DNA of 64,000 nt from Balamuthia mandrillaris. Taxonomy: Eukaryota. This document shows, one piece after another, positions 37,710-50,980 of the stretch; position 1 is the first letter of the stretch; the number at the start of each line of letters is the position of its first letter. The stretch lies in contig JAVKOQ020000005.1 in assembly GCA_031835245.2 (NCBI GenBank), forward strand, positions 248,001-312,000, read 5' to 3'. The translations under genes and the position numbers were made by a program. The notes below the pieces were generated by a model. The model saw only the letters and a list, made by a program, of their open reading frames with translations. It did no database searches and was not told the origin of the DNA.

Positions 37710-37840
37710 ACCTCTCCTCTCTTCTCCTGTCTTTTCCTCTCCTCTTCTCTCCTCTCCTCTCCTCTCCTCTCCTCTCCTCTCCTCTTCTCTCCTCTTCCCT
37801 TCTCTTTCCTTGCTCCTCTCCTTTCCTTTCCTCTCCTCTC
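37710..37840. repeat. (CTCCT)n pyrimidine microsatellite
   Basis: Directly visible tandem ctcct units. Confidence 0.9.
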
Positions 37841-38236
37841 GTTTCATTTTCTACTCATTTCCTTTCCTTTTGCTCTTCTCTTACCTTCATATATTCTCTT
37901 TGATGCAATTAGCTGTGCTGAACAACTTTCTGTTGAACACATGAATAACTTTTTTCAAAAAGTTAAGCACTTTCAAAGAACACAGCATTTGTTCACTTCC
38001 TTTGTTTATACTAGAACAATATTAGTGGAGTATCATTGACTGCTTAGTCTACTTGTTGGAAAACCAACAATTCCCATCATTATGACTTCCTGTCAACACT
38101 CTCCCTGGATAAGCATGTTTTCTCCCTTTCTTTCAAGCTATTTGATAATACCTGAAAAGCAGTACTGCAATTGTTCTCACCTTGTAGAAATAGAACCCAA
38201 CTCTCAACACAACCAAGTACATTGCCATTCAGGTAT

Positions 38237-41055
38237 GTAGTAGTAATAAGAAGTTTATTTGCTCTAAGAGCAACACCAATCTATACATAAAAAGGAAGTA
38301 TTGTACATACATAGTGGGCAAGGAAGCCGTGGTGGACGGCAGAGTTAACATCTTTGAATAAGCAGGTGGTGGAAGCCCATGCTCAGTGGCTGAGAGAAGG
38401 AAAGAATGATGGAAAGGCAAGGGAGGATTTCGTGGAACTTAGGAAAAGGTATGTGAAGTTGTGGAGAGCCAACAAATGAGACTGGATGAAGTGAAAGAGA
38501 CAAGAGAACATCCAGGAAACGCAGAAATGGATTGGCAACATGTGGAGGATAGTGGCAAAGCGTAGAGCAGAGCCCAAAGTGATTATCAAGCAGGGTGGTA
38601 GCATGGCCGCCTTCAAGGAACATTGGGCAAAGCTGGGAAGGAAGGATTCTTCCATTAGGAGCTTACATCTGAAGGAAGCAGGCCCAGAAGGACCGTCTTG
38701 GTCTGGCAGCACCTGGCTTAAGAAGGAGAGCTTTAATCTTGCATGGAGGAAAAGATTGAGGGTGGGCAAAGCAGCTGGAGTGGATAATATCGATGGGGAA
38801 ATGATGAAGTATGGAGGTAAACATGTTCAAGACGCAACCTGGACACTAATCAAGGCCATTGAGAACCAAGGCGTGTTCCCCAAGGAGTGGAAACAAGGGG
38901 TGATTATCTCCTTGCATAAGGCAGGAGATCCCCAGAACCCAGCAAACTATAGAGGAATTACTCTCCTATGCAATGCAGCCAAGGTGTTTGAGGGAGCTAT
39001 CTTAGTGCAGTTGAACATACAAGCAAGCGAGCAAGGATGGATAAGTGATTGCCAGGGTGGATTTAGAAAAGGAAGAGGAGTCATGGATCAAGTGTGGCGG
39101 TTGAAGAAATGCCTGATGAAGAGAAGCAAAGAACATACTTATATTTATCTGTTGGATATCAGCAAGGCATATGACATGCTTGATCATGATATACTGGCAA
39201 GGACATTACGCAAAAGAGGAGCAGAAGAGGCAGCAGTAAGCATTATTGCAGAGTGGTACTGTGATATGACAAGTGTCATTCGCATGAATGGGCAGCTTTC
39301 TGAGGAATTTCTGGTAGAAAGAGGAGTTAAGCAAGGTGGAGTTTTGTCTCCCTTCTTCTTGTTAAACGTTTATATTGACGTGGTGGCAAGAAAGCTACAG
39401 GTGGCAGAGGAGAAGGAAAGAGAAGATAAAGCAAGGAATGTTTGCTTGTTGTTTGCAGATGATTTAGCAGTGATCCTTTCGAGCTTCAAAGAAGACTGAA
39501 TGTGGCAGTGGAGGCAGTGAATGCTCTGGGACTCCAGTTCAATGCAAAGAAATCAGTGGTGCTAGTACAAGGAAAGAAGGCTTGCTTTAAAGAGTGGAGA
39601 CTAAAGAGAGAGGCTGTGAAATGTGTAAAGGAGGCCAAGTACCTAGGACTGTGGTTTGAGGAATGTAGTAAGTGGACAACTCATGCCAAGGAGAGGATCA
39701 CCAAGGCCAAGCAAGCCCTTTACAGCCTCAGACAGCAGGGAGCCATTGCTTAAGGCCTGGGTACACGAACTGCCCAGATTGCAGCAGAGGCCATTGTTAA
39801 GTCTACCTTGTGATATGGACTATACATAACAGAGCTTTCCAAATCATGGTCAAGATTGATCAAAAAAATGACATTAGTTGTCAGCAGAAAAGGATCAAGG
39901 AGAAAAAAAGGAAGAAGTGGGGAGAAAAGAGTTAGTTATGTTAGCAGTTGCCAACACCTGCCTTCTGTAAGTGGATAATCACCCCCTATTTCCACTCCTT
40001 GGGGAACACGCCTTGGTTCTCAATGGCCTTGATTGATCAGTGTCCAAGTTGCATCTTGAACATGTTTGCCTCCATACTTCATCATTTCTCCATTGACATT
40101 ATCCACTCCAGCTGATTTGCCCCTTCTCCCTCCTCAATCTTTTCCTTCAAGCAAAATGAAAGCTCTCCTTTTTAAGCCAGTTCTTGTCATACTAAGATGG
40201 TCCTTCTTGACCTGCTTCCTCTAGATGCAAGCTCCTAATGGAAGAATCTTTCCTTCCCAGCTTTGCCCAATGTTCCTTGAAGGCAGCCATGCTACCATTC
40301 TGCTTGATAACCACTTTGGGCTCTGCTTTACGCTTTGTCACTATCTTTCACATGTTGCCAATCCATTTCTGCATTTCCTTAATGTTCTTTTGTCTTTTTC
40401 ACTTCATTCAGTTCCATTTGTTGGCTCTCCACAACTTCACATACCTTTTCCTGAGTTCCACAAAATCTTTCCTTGCCTTTCCATCATTCTTTCCTTCTCT
40501 CAGCCACTGAGCATGGGCTTTCACCACCTGCTTTTTCAAGGATGCTAGCTCTGCAGTCCACCATGGCTTCCTTGCCCTGCTTGTTGTTGCTCTTCAACTG
40601 TAGCTGCTCCCTCCTGCGTTTTCTTCACCATGGCCTTCCATTCCTCCCCTTTGAAGAAACACTTGCACCCATGTTTGTACTCCCTCCACCTTTTCTTGTA
40701 ATCTTCTTCAAAGTAGGACTTCCAACATTCCATCCAAACTCCATTGCAATTATTTGCTGAATCCTGGTTGGATAACAATGGAGCATTCAACAGTCTGAAG
40801 AGGAAGAAGATTGAAGCTGTGTGGAATGAGACTGCATGAAGTGTTTTGCAAGTTCATTGAAGGACTGTGGCAGGGGTTTGCAGAGCAGAATTGGGCTGGT
40901 TGACCATCAAGGCCTACTGTGAGTTGGAAAGGCAAGCAGTTATTCACCATGCTGAGAGGCAAAATGGACACTTTGAGCTGTTGGAAGAGATAAGCCAAGC
41001 AATGGGAGAGGAAAAGGAGAAGAGAGAAGGTAAAGAAAGTGATGGAATGAGTGAC
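38237..41055. mobile_element. Rearranged fragments of the APE-RT LINE (3' end -, 38317-39850 +, ~39985-40790 -, ~40795-41055 +)
   Basis: Near-identical to parts of 47451-52340, including RT motifs NYRGITLL, GVKQG and FADD. Stops and frameshifts present. Confidence 0.9.
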
Positions 41056-41327
41056 ATTGTTATTCCTGGTCATTTCCTCTGAAGTTTCTTTAAGTTCAGA
41101 AATTGAGAATTGGCAATTCTGCTGATAAATCCTCAATCTCTGGCTCTTAAGGTTCTTTTCCTAACTATAAATTGGTTCTTCACTCAGGATGCAGTCTATA
41201 AACAAGAGGACAAACACTCACTCACACACTTCTTTCTTTTTTATGCATTAAATTACATTGGGCTCTCATCACTCTGTGTCTCTTTTCTTGGTCCTATTCT
41301 CTTTCTCTAATATTTTTTTTTTGATAA

Positions 41328-41990
41328 TATTGATTGAATCCAACCTCAAGGATAAAAGAGTCAGTGATGAGACAAGAAGTGTATTCAAGAGTATAGAGGA
41401 AGAACAACAAGAGTAAATCTCTGATGTTGCTTTAAAGTACACCAAGAGAAAGGGGAAAAGGTAGAAAGGAAGGATGGGAATACAAAAGAAAGGAGCTGAG
41501 GGTCAGGGACGGATCTGATATAAGGAGTCTTGGGATTAGTGTTGGTGATTTGACCAACACAGGCCAGCTTTGCTTTCTGTAGCTCCATTAGCACAAGGAT
41601 GAGAGGCCAAGATGAATCAATGCTCAAAGCCAGTGAGTGTCTTGAGAGCTTTGATAACCACAAAACTCAGTACCATTGTTTGACTAAAGGATCTTAGGAA
41701 CTGCTTAATAGAGGGTGCAGGCCATGTCTTTAGAAGTCTTGGTATGGACTGGACAGAGAAAAGTGAACCAGGTAGCAATGTCTGTGGTGACTAGAACATA
41801 GTTGAAGCCTTTGGCAAGGGGGCCAAACAGATTGATGGCAACATGATTGAAGAGGTAAGTAGCATAGATGGTTGTGAGGGAATGAAAGCTGTGTTTGGTG
41901 ATGTTTATGCTTAAGGCAGTCATTGCACTATAGACAAGTGCAGGAACAGTCAGCATGAAGAGTAGGCCAATAATAGCCCTCATTCCAGAT
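41328..41990 (-). mobile_element. Ty3/Gypsy-like LTR retrotransposon remnant: integrase fragment + 3' LTR
   Basis: HVAINLFGPL..GFNYVLVTTDIATWFTFL resembles the rve core start. Degenerate LTR at 41328-41559. Confidence 0.7.
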
Positions 41991-42040
41991 CTTTACAAAC
42001 AAGGGTTCTGCTCCATGATGTCCTTCTGTATAGAATAACT

Positions 42041-45000
42041 AGTAGTGGTAATATAGTATTACACTGTTGTACAATCTTCTGATTAGCTTTCTGACTTGTT
42101 CCTCATCTCCATTGTCCATATTCCAGATTCTAAAACGATCTTCCCAAAGATTTGGACATCTTAATAGGAAGTGTTCTGCTGTTTCTTCCTCAGCATTGCA
42201 TGCAGGGCACTTACTGTCCTCATCAGACTGTTGAATGGCTCCCCACTTTTTTCCAATAGGCAGTCCACCACAGCAAATAGCATTCAACAATCGTTCCTTC
42301 CTTGGGTTGGTAATCACTAAACTCCATTGTTGTCCAACCAAACATTTTCCATTTGTCAAGAAGTTATGCCAAAGTCATGCTCTTGTTCCTCTTTCTCCTT
42401 CAACTGCATACTCTGCCTTGGCTACTCGAGTTAAGGTCCTCATCCTCTTGGCTTTCTTATCAATGTCACTCATCCCTTCACTTCCCTCACCTTCTCTCTT
42501 CTCACCTTCTTTTTCCCTTGCTTGGCTTATCTCTTCCAGAAGCTCAAAGTGGCCATCTTGCCTCTCAGCATGGCGAATTACTGCTTGCCTTTCCAACTCA
42601 CAGTAGGCCTTGATAGTCAACCAGCCCAATTCTGCAATACAAATCCCTGCTACTGTCCTTCAATAAACTTGCAATACACTTCTTGTTGTCTCATTCCACA
42701 CAGCTTCAATCTTCTTCCACCATGATTTGGAAAGCTCTGTCATGCAAAGTCCATATGACAAGGTAGACTTGACAATGGCCTCTGCTGCAATCTGGGCAGT
42801 TCGTGTACCCAGGCCTTAAGCAATGGCTCCTCGCTGCCTAAGGCTGTAGAGGGCTTGCTTGGCCTTGGTGATCCTCTACACATTGAATAAGAAGGGAGAC
42901 AAAACTCCTCCTTGCTTAACTCCTCTTTCTATCAGAAATTCCTCAGAGAGTTGCCCATTCATGCAAATGACACTTATCATACCACAGTACCACTCTGCAA
43001 TGATGCCCACTGCTGCCTCTTCTGCTCCTCTTTTGCACAATGTCCTTGCCAGTATGTCATGGTCAAGCATGTCATATGCTTTGCTGATATCCAACAGATA
43101 AATATAAGTACGATCTTTGCTTCTCTTCATTAGGCATTTCTTCAACCGCCACACTTGATCCATGACTCCTCTTCCTTTTCTAAATCCACCCTGGCAATCA
43201 CTTATCCATCCTTGCTCGCTTGCTTGTATGTTCAACTGCACTAAGATAGCTCCCTCAAACACCTTGGCTGCGTTGCATAGGAGAGTAATTCCTCTATAGT
43301 TTGCTGGGTTCTGGGGATCTCCTGCCTTATGCAATGGGATAACCACCCCCTGTTTCCACTCCTTGGGGAACACGCCTTGGTTCTCAATGGCCTTGATTAG
43401 TGTCCAAGTTGCGTCTTGAACATGTTTACCTCCATACTTCATCATTTCCCCATCAATATTATCCACTCCAGCTGCTTTGCCCACCCTCAATCTTTTCCTC
43501 CATGCAAGATTAAAGCTCTCCTTCTTAAGCCAGGTGCTGCCAGACCAAGACGGTCCTTCTGGACCTGCTTCCTCTAGATGCAAGCTTCTGATGGAAGAAT
43601 CCTTCCTTCCCAGCTTTGCCCAATGTTCCTTGAAGGCGGCCATGCTATCACCCTGCTTAATAACAGCTTTGGGCTCTGCTCTACGCTTTGCCACTATCCT
43701 CCACATGTTGCCAATCCATTTCTGCATTTCCTTAATGTTCTCTTGTCTCTTTCACTTCATCCAGTCCCATTTGTTGGCTCTCCACAACTTCACATACCTT
43801 TTCCTAAGTTCCACAAAATCCTTCCTTGCCTTTCCATCATTCTTTCCTTCTCTCAGCCACTGAGCATGGGCTTCCATCACCTGCTTGTTCAAGGATGTTA
43901 ACTCTGCCATCCACCATGGCTTCCTTGTCCTGCTTGTTGTTGCTCCAACCAGTCTCCTTTCTCTACCAAACCATCTCATTGCACTATTCCACAATCCTTT
44001 TTTCCACTTACTCCAAAGATCTTCAACTGTAGCTGCTCCCTCCTGCGTTTTCTTCACCATGGCCTTCCATTCCTCTCCTTTGAAGAAAGGCTTGCACACG
44101 TGTTTGTACTCCCTCCTCTCACATTGTAAGTAGATTCACCTCTACCATTCTAGCCCTTTCCAACCCTGGCATTCCAATCTCCTCCATGCAAGATTTGTAT
44201 AGCAACTTTGAATCCTAGCCTGGTGAGTCAGTTTGAGCAATTGGAGACCATCTTCACTCCCTCTGTGACAGAATGGTAAACAAACCGAACCTGGCCTTTC
44301 TTTTTCAAAAGTTTTCTTCTTCCCTTCCTAATGGTATGCATCCTACATTTCAGCCCCTGTCAGAAATATGCCTTAATTGTTGGATGAAGCCATCAATCAT
44401 GCAATTGCCATCAAAGCTGGCCATAGCAGCAAAGCTTTGCTGCTGCAATGCTTCCCAAGGAGTGTTACTTCTTCAAGAAGTATTGTCCTTAACACAAAAC
44501 AAACCATCACAATGACAAGGACTGTGATAAACTCAAGTGTGATAAGGCTAGTAGGGGAACAACCTAATAGAAACCAACTTGATGGGCATGGAAAAAACCT
44601 TTAGTAAAATGCAAGACAGAGATATATATACCAAGAAAGATAGGGATAGGTATTATAGGAAAGTGGTATAACTCAAGGCACTTCAAGTGCAATGATGTAA
44701 TACTTCTACTTTCTCAGGTAATGCTTTGATGTTTTTTTCTACTTTGGGCTCTTCCTCCAGTACTTCTTCCACCTTTGCATTCAAAACCAATAAGAACATT
44801 GTTACTCAGGCTGTTGGAAAACCAACAATTTGATGTGTCGTTATGACTTCCTGTCAACACTCTCCCTGAATACTCTGAATTCCTTCACCCCCTTTTCATT
44901 TTCCCCTTTTCCAAATGACACACTCAAAGCACACCCTTTGGTTCATACCCCCCATTTCTTGTGAATAAACCTAGAGTCGCGTACATGTCGTCCCTTTCTT

Positions 45001-45819
45001 GATCCGCAGGGTTTATCCCCATCAATAGGGCCGTTTCTAAGGTAACTCTCCAATGCTGCATGCCATTCTTCTTTTCTACTTTTGACACTCCAACGTGTTT
45101 GAGCCTCAACTCAACAATCCTCTTACACACCTGTTCCTTCTTAAGGTCCTTAATACTCACCACAATCAATCTGCCCTCCACAGTCCCTACCTACAATCAA
45201 ACAGCAGTGCACCAGGTGTCTTTAACATAGTCTGCACTGGCTGAGTCTGAATCACTCTTCCTTTCAGGCACAACACTGGTTCCTTCCTTTCAGTGGGGCA
45301 AATCCACTACACTGATCCTCTGCACCATTGTTGTCCTTCTCCTTTTGGTTAGCCCTTTGGAAAGGAGAAATCTTGACTGTGGTATTCAAGTGTCCATACT
45401 TTTCCAACACCAACTTGAACACTTCCTGCAGAAACTGATTGGACTTGTTCCCGTTGATAGAACACTCAGGGATCTTTGCCTCTTTTTGCACAGCTTGCAA
45501 AGAGGGCTTTCACAAACAATTACTGTTTAGGGTCCAAGACGTTCCTTCATGGCCACATCCACCCATTGATGTAGGACCTGTTCCCTCTCTTGAGTATTAA
45601 TCCTTTCTGTGCTCTTACATGTCAACATCCTATTTTTCTGCATTTTTTCCCCCAGCAAGGGTTTGTAGAGAAGAACTGGGCTGGTTGACCATCAAGGTCT
45701 ACTAGGAGTTGGAAAGGCAAGCAGTAATTCGCTATTCTGAAGGCAAGATGGACACTTTGAGCTTCTAGAAGGAGACAAGTGATGTGAAAAGAAAGCCAAG
45801 AGAATTAGGGCCTTAACTA
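42041..45819 (-). mobile_element. Deleted copies of the APE-RT LINE (42041-44190 -, 5' end 44924-45652 -, short + piece 45655-45819)
   Basis: Matches to ORF2 (CPACNAEEETAEHFLLRCP, RT) and to ORF1a/1b of the intact copy, with internal deletions. Confidence 0.88.
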
Positions 45820-47674
45820 ACAATACCATCTTCCGGACCCTCCCCCACTATGGCCTAAGTGAAGAAGCAATAGATGTGTTCAAAGGCATTTACAACAACT
45901 CTAAAACATCTGTAATCCTTCCCTGCGGAGACACTGACCAATTCTACATTACCAAAGGAGTTAAACAAGGAGACCCCCTCTCCTCCACACTATTCAACGT
46001 CTATATCAACCCACTTCTTGATTATCTCCACTCTTCAAACACGGGCTATACCCTCTCGGATGGAACAAAAATTGCAGGAATGGCCTTCGCAGATGACCTA
46101 TTCCTCATTTCAGACAACACTCCAGACATCACAAACAACCTTGACCACACAGTCACATTCCTTGCACACAATACTATCACCATTAACATACACAAAACAG
46201 TCTTCATGAGTACAGACCCCAACCTTTCTCTCTCCACGATGGATACCTATACTAATAAGCTCAAACCAATAACACGGCTTTCATGTGAAGACCTCTGCCT
46301 GTACCTAGGAATCCCCTTCTCCATTGCCAACCCTCATGCCGTAGATAATCATCTCACAAAAAAGTTCACCAAGTACTGCTCCGCAATCACAAGAAGATAT
46401 CTTCCTGTGGACTTAAAGGTGCTCCTTCTAAATACCATCGCTATCCCTGCAATTGAATATCCAATGCACACTCACCTCCTTTCAACAAAAACATTAGCTA
46501 CCCTAGAACGTACTGCCAGAAGCTGCCTCTGCTCCACCCCACACATCTTTGGAAAGTACAACTCAAGCATATTTAAAAACAAACTGACCTGCCTCTCCAT
46601 CCGTAACATTACCACCCTCCAGCACGGGCACTTCTTGAATCACTACGTCAACAGAATCCTGAATGATGACAACTCTGCATCTCGCACACTTAATATCTTA
46701 ATGAACAACTACTACTCACAGCCCTCAACAAACCCAGCCAACCACCTGCTGCAACTTCACAACCCAGGAGCAATAACAAGGAGCAAGCTCAAAACAATCA
46801 CACAACTCTTATGTACTGCAAAACATAACCAACTCCTACTCCTCAGACCTAAAGACACACCACAATGCCTCCTACCATACGAAAGAAAACTCCCCCTCCC
46901 CTCCGACCTGACAAACAAACTCATGGCATGGCCCTTTGCTCCTCTCTCTAACGAAGATGCAAACATGATTGCCAACATTCACCTCGCCACATTCCCAGAG
47001 GACTTCCAACTAACCAAACATGAGCCACTAAACACTCCTCACAATAACGCACCGCTCCTCATAGCTACTGATGGCTCTTTCAAGGATGGAGTAGCAGCTG
47101 CTGCTGTGGTAACTGCCACGACCAGATACAGCGCTCCTCCACTTGGATGCCATATATCCTTCAATGTGGAAGCCTCAGCTATAGCATATGCCCTTGAAGC
47201 CACCGTATCCATCCCTTCTGTTCGCATCATATCTGACAACAAAGCCATGGTCTACCTCCTCAAAGAGCCTCCCAAACGCCCCCCTCTCAAAGCAGTTGCC
47301 GCTTGGCGAATTATCTCTCAACACCTCCAAACCCGCAACATCTCAGTCACTCATGTCTACAGCCATCAAGAAAAGAAAACATCAAAAGAATGGAAAGAGA
47401 AAATAGCCAAACAAAGACTCCTACATCCAAATGACTATGACCAACGAGTAGTAGTAATAAAAGTTTATTTGCTCTGAGAGCAACACCAATCTATACATAA
47501 AAAGTAAGCCTTGTACATACATAGTGTACTCTTACTTTTCTTACTCCCTCATCCTCAATGCCTTCCCAATTGTTACTCAATTCACAAGTGAAAGGTGTGG
47601 AATGAGATTTCAGACCAACTTTGTATCATCTAGCTATCCTTTTCTTTCCCTTTCCTTTTTCCTCTTTTCCTTGC

Positions 47675-50600
47675 TTACATTACTTCCAAAGACTGATAAA
47701 ATGCAGAAGAACTTCCATGCTTCCAACTTGCTCTTGCTGCCCATAATCTCCAGACTCGTTTACAACTTTGCTTACATTGTTCCATCTCTTGAGCTCTGTT
47801 ACATTTCTTTCCACTTGACAGGAGCTTTGTTGTACAGTCTTCTATAATCAGCTTTCTGACTTGTTCTTCACTTCCATTGTCCACACTCCAGATTCTAAAG
47901 CGATCTTCCCAAAGGTTAGGACACCTTAACAGGAAGTGTTCTGCTGTTTCTTCCTCAGCATCACAAGCAGGGCACTTGCTATCCTCCTCAGACTGCTGAA
48001 TGGATCCCCACTTTTTTCCAATAGGCAGTCCACCACAGCGAATAGCATTCATCAAACGTTCTTTCCTTGGGTTGGTAATCACTAAGCTCCGTTGTTGTCC
48101 AACCAAACATCTTCCATTTGTCAAGAAGTTATGCCATAGCCATGCTCTTGTTCCTCTTTCTCCTTCAGCTGCATACTCCATCTTGGCTACTCGAGTTAAG
48201 GCCCTCATCCTCTTGGCTTTCTTTTCAACAACTGTCGTTCCGGCACCTCCCTCACCTTCATTCTTCTCCCCTTCCTCTTCACTTGCTTGGCTTACCTCTT
48301 CAAGTAGCTCAAAGTGGCCATCTTGCCTCTCAGCATGATGAATTACTGCTTGTCTTTCCAACTCACAGTAGGCCTTGATGGTCAACCAGCCCAATTCTGC
48401 TCTACAAACCCCCGCCACAGGCCTTCGATGAACTTGCAATACACTTCTTGCTGTCTCATTCCACACTGCTTCGATCTTCTTCCACCATGATTTGGAAAGC
48501 TCTGTCATACATAATCCATATGACAAGGTAGACTTGACAATAGCCTCTGCAGCAATCTGGGCAGTGCGTGTACCAAGGCCTTGGGCAATGGCTCCCCGCT
48601 GCCTAAGGCTGTAGAGGGCTTGCTTGGCCTTGGTGATCCTCTCCTTGGCATGAGTTGTCCATTCCCCACTTTCTTCAAACCACAGTCCCAGGTACTTGGC
48701 CTCCTTCACCCGTTTCACAGCCTCCCCCTTCAGTCTCCACTCTTGAAAATGAGCCTTCTTTCCTTGTACTAGCACCACTGATTTCTTTGCATTGAACTGA
48801 AGTCCCAGAGCATTCACTGCCTCCACTGCTACATTCAATCTTCTCTGAAGCTCAAATGGGGCGCTGGCCACCACTGCCAAGTCATCTGCAAACAACAAGC
48901 AAACATTCCTTGCTTTATCTCCTCTTTCCTTCTCCTCTGCAGCTTGTAGCTTTCTTGCCACCACATCAATGTATACATTGAACAAGAATGGAGACAAAAC
49001 TCCTCCTTGCTTAACTCCTCTTTCCACCAGAAATTCCTCTGAAAGCTGCCCATTCATGCGAATAACACTCGTCATACCATGGTACCACTCTGTAATGATA
49101 CCCACTGCTGCCTCTTCTGCTCCTCTTTTGCGTAATGTCCTTGCCAGTATGTCATGGTCAAGCATGTCATATGCCTTGCTGATATCCATCAGAGCAATAT
49201 AGGTACGTTCTTTGCTTCTCTTCATCAGGCATTTCTTCAACCGCCACACCTGATCCATGACTCCCCTTCCTTTTCTAAATCCACCCTGGCAATTACTTAT
49301 CCACCCTTGCTCTCTTGCTTGTATGTTCAATTGTACCAAGATAGCTCCTTCGAACACCTTGGCTGCATTGCATAGGAGAGTAATACCTCTATAGTTTGCT
49401 GGATTCTGGGGATCTCCTGTCTTATGCAAGGGAATAACCACCCCCTGTTTCCACTCCTTGGGGAATATGCCTTGGTTCTCAATGACCTTGATCAGCGTCC
49501 AAGTTGCATCTTGCACATGTTTGCCTCCATACTTCATCATTTCCCCATCAATATTGTCCACCCCAGCTGCTTTGCCCACCCTCAATCTTTTCCTCCATGC
49601 AAGATTAAAACTCTCCTTCTTAAGCCAGTTACTACCAGACCAAGGCAGTCCTTCTGGACCTGCTTCCTCTCGATGCAAGCTCCCAATGGAAGAATCCTTC
49701 CTTCCCAGCTTTGCCCAATGTTCCTTGAAGGCTGCTGTGCTACCGTGGTGCTCCATAACTGCTTTGGGCTCTGCTCTACGCTTTGCCACTATCCTCCACA
49801 TGTTGCCGATCCATTTCTGCATTTCCTTGATGTTCTCTTGTCTTTTCCACTTCATCCAGTCCCATTTGTTGGCTCTCCACAACTTCACAAACCTTTTTCT
49901 GAGTTCCACAAATTCCTCTCTGGCCTTTCCATCATTCTTTCCTTCTCTTAGCCACTGAGCATGGGCTATCGCTACCTGCTTGTTCAAGGATGTTAACTCT
50001 GCTGTCCACCATGGCTTCCTTGCCCTGCTTGTTGTTGCTCCTATCAGTCTCCTTTCTCTACCAAACCATCTCATTGCACAATCCCACAATCCTTTTTTCC
50101 ACTTGCTCCAAAGATCTTCAACAGTAGCTGCTCCCTCCCGTGTTTTCTTGACCATGGCCTTCCATTCCTCTCCTTTGAAGAAACGCTTGCACCCGCGTTT
50201 GTACTCCCTCCACCTCCTCTTGCGATCTTCCTCTGAGTAGGACTTCCACTTCCATCGTTCCATCCAAACCCCGCCACAATTATCTGCTGGGTCCTTCAAC
50301 TCGACTACCAGTGGTCGATGATCGGTCCAAGCTTGCCATCTGTCACCAACTACCTTGCCCGTCCATCTCCATGCTACCACATAGTCCACAATGCTCTTTC
50401 GTTTTCCAGCTCTCCATGTAAATACTGGCGCTTCCTCTTCGAGCTGAGGCAACGAGAGGGCCAGCCTTTTGAAAGACTCCACCAACACCTTTCCTCTCGC
50501 GTTGTAAGTAGATTCACCTCTACCATTCCATCCCTTTCCAACCCTGGCGTTCCAATCACCTCCAATAATCAGGGGTCTTCCTTCCTTGACCACGTCCAGG

Positions 50601-50980
50601 ATTCTTTTCTCAATCGCAGCCAAGGTGACCTTAAAGTTGTCCACGGTACCTCCTGGAGGGAGATACACTATACCGATTATAAAGATGCAACCCTGTCCCG
50701 CCAGTTCCACCCAAGTGGAGTTGGGTGTTCGCCACTCTTTCCTTTCTCCGATGTTCCCCTTGTAGCCCTCTCGAACAAAGAAACCTGCGCCACCCCTTCC
50801 ATAGCCACTCCTCCCTGGAGCAGCCCCTCCACCCATCCACCGATACCCCTCCAATCGAGGGGCAACCATCCTCCTATGTTCGCACACTCCAATAATGTCA
50901 AATTGCTTACTGTCAGCCCAACAGCTGACCAATTCCTCTTGTCCCCAGCCCCTAGAGTTGACAAACGCTACTGAAGTCAT
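47675..50980 (-). CDS. LINE ORF2: AP endonuclease + reverse transcriptase + C-terminal CCHC, 1101 aa
   Basis: APE motifs VNSRG, VCEH, VYLP, GDWNA, IVDY, TDH. RT motifs NYRGITLL, QGGFR, DISKAYD, GVKQG, FADD, KYLG. CPACx8HFLLRC. Confidence 0.96.
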   Translation of the reverse strand: MTSVAFVNSRGWGQEELVSCWADSKQFDIIGVCEHRRMVAPRLEGYRWMGGGAAPGRSGYGRGGAGFFVREGYKGNIGERKEWRTPNSTWVELAGQGCIFIIGIVYLPPGGTVDNFKVTLAAIEKRILDVVKEGRPLIIGGDWNARVGKGWNGRGESTYNARGKVLVESFKRLALSLPQLEEEAPVFTWRAGKRKSIVDYVVAWRWTGKVVGDRWQAWTDHRPLVVELKDPADNCGGVWMERWKWKSYSEEDRKRRWREYKRGCKRFFKGEEWKAMVKKTREGAATVEDLWSKWKKGLWDCAMRWFGRERRLIGATTSRARKPWWTAELTSLNKQVAIAHAQWLREGKNDGKAREEFVELRKRFVKLWRANKWDWMKWKRQENIKEMQKWIGNMWRIVAKRRAEPKAVMEHHGSTAAFKEHWAKLGRKDSSIGSLHREEAGPEGLPWSGSNWLKKESFNLAWRKRLRVGKAAGVDNIDGEMMKYGGKHVQDATWTLIKVIENQGIFPKEWKQGVVIPLHKTGDPQNPANYRGITLLCNAAKVFEGAILVQLNIQAREQGWISNCQGGFRKGRGVMDQVWRLKKCLMKRSKERTYIALMDISKAYDMLDHDILARTLRKRGAEEAAVGIITEWYHGMTSVIRMNGQLSEEFLVERGVKQGGVLSPFLFNVYIDVVARKLQAAEEKERGDKARNVCLLFADDLAVVASAPFELQRRLNVAVEAVNALGLQFNAKKSVVLVQGKKAHFQEWRLKGEAVKRVKEAKYLGLWFEESGEWTTHAKERITKAKQALYSLRQRGAIAQGLGTRTAQIAAEAIVKSTLSYGLCMTELSKSWWKKIEAVWNETARSVLQVHRRPVAGVCRAELGWLTIKAYCELERQAVIHHAERQDGHFELLEEVSQASEEEGEKNEGEGGAGTTVVEKKAKRMRALTRVAKMEYAAEGERGTRAWLWHNFLTNGRCLVGQQRSLVITNPRKERLMNAIRCGGLPIGKKWGSIQQSEEDSKCPACDAEEETAEHFLLRCPNLWEDRFRIWSVDNGSEEQVRKLIIEDCTTKLLSSGKKCNRAQEMEQCKQSCKRVWRLWAARASWKHGSSSAFYQSLEVM

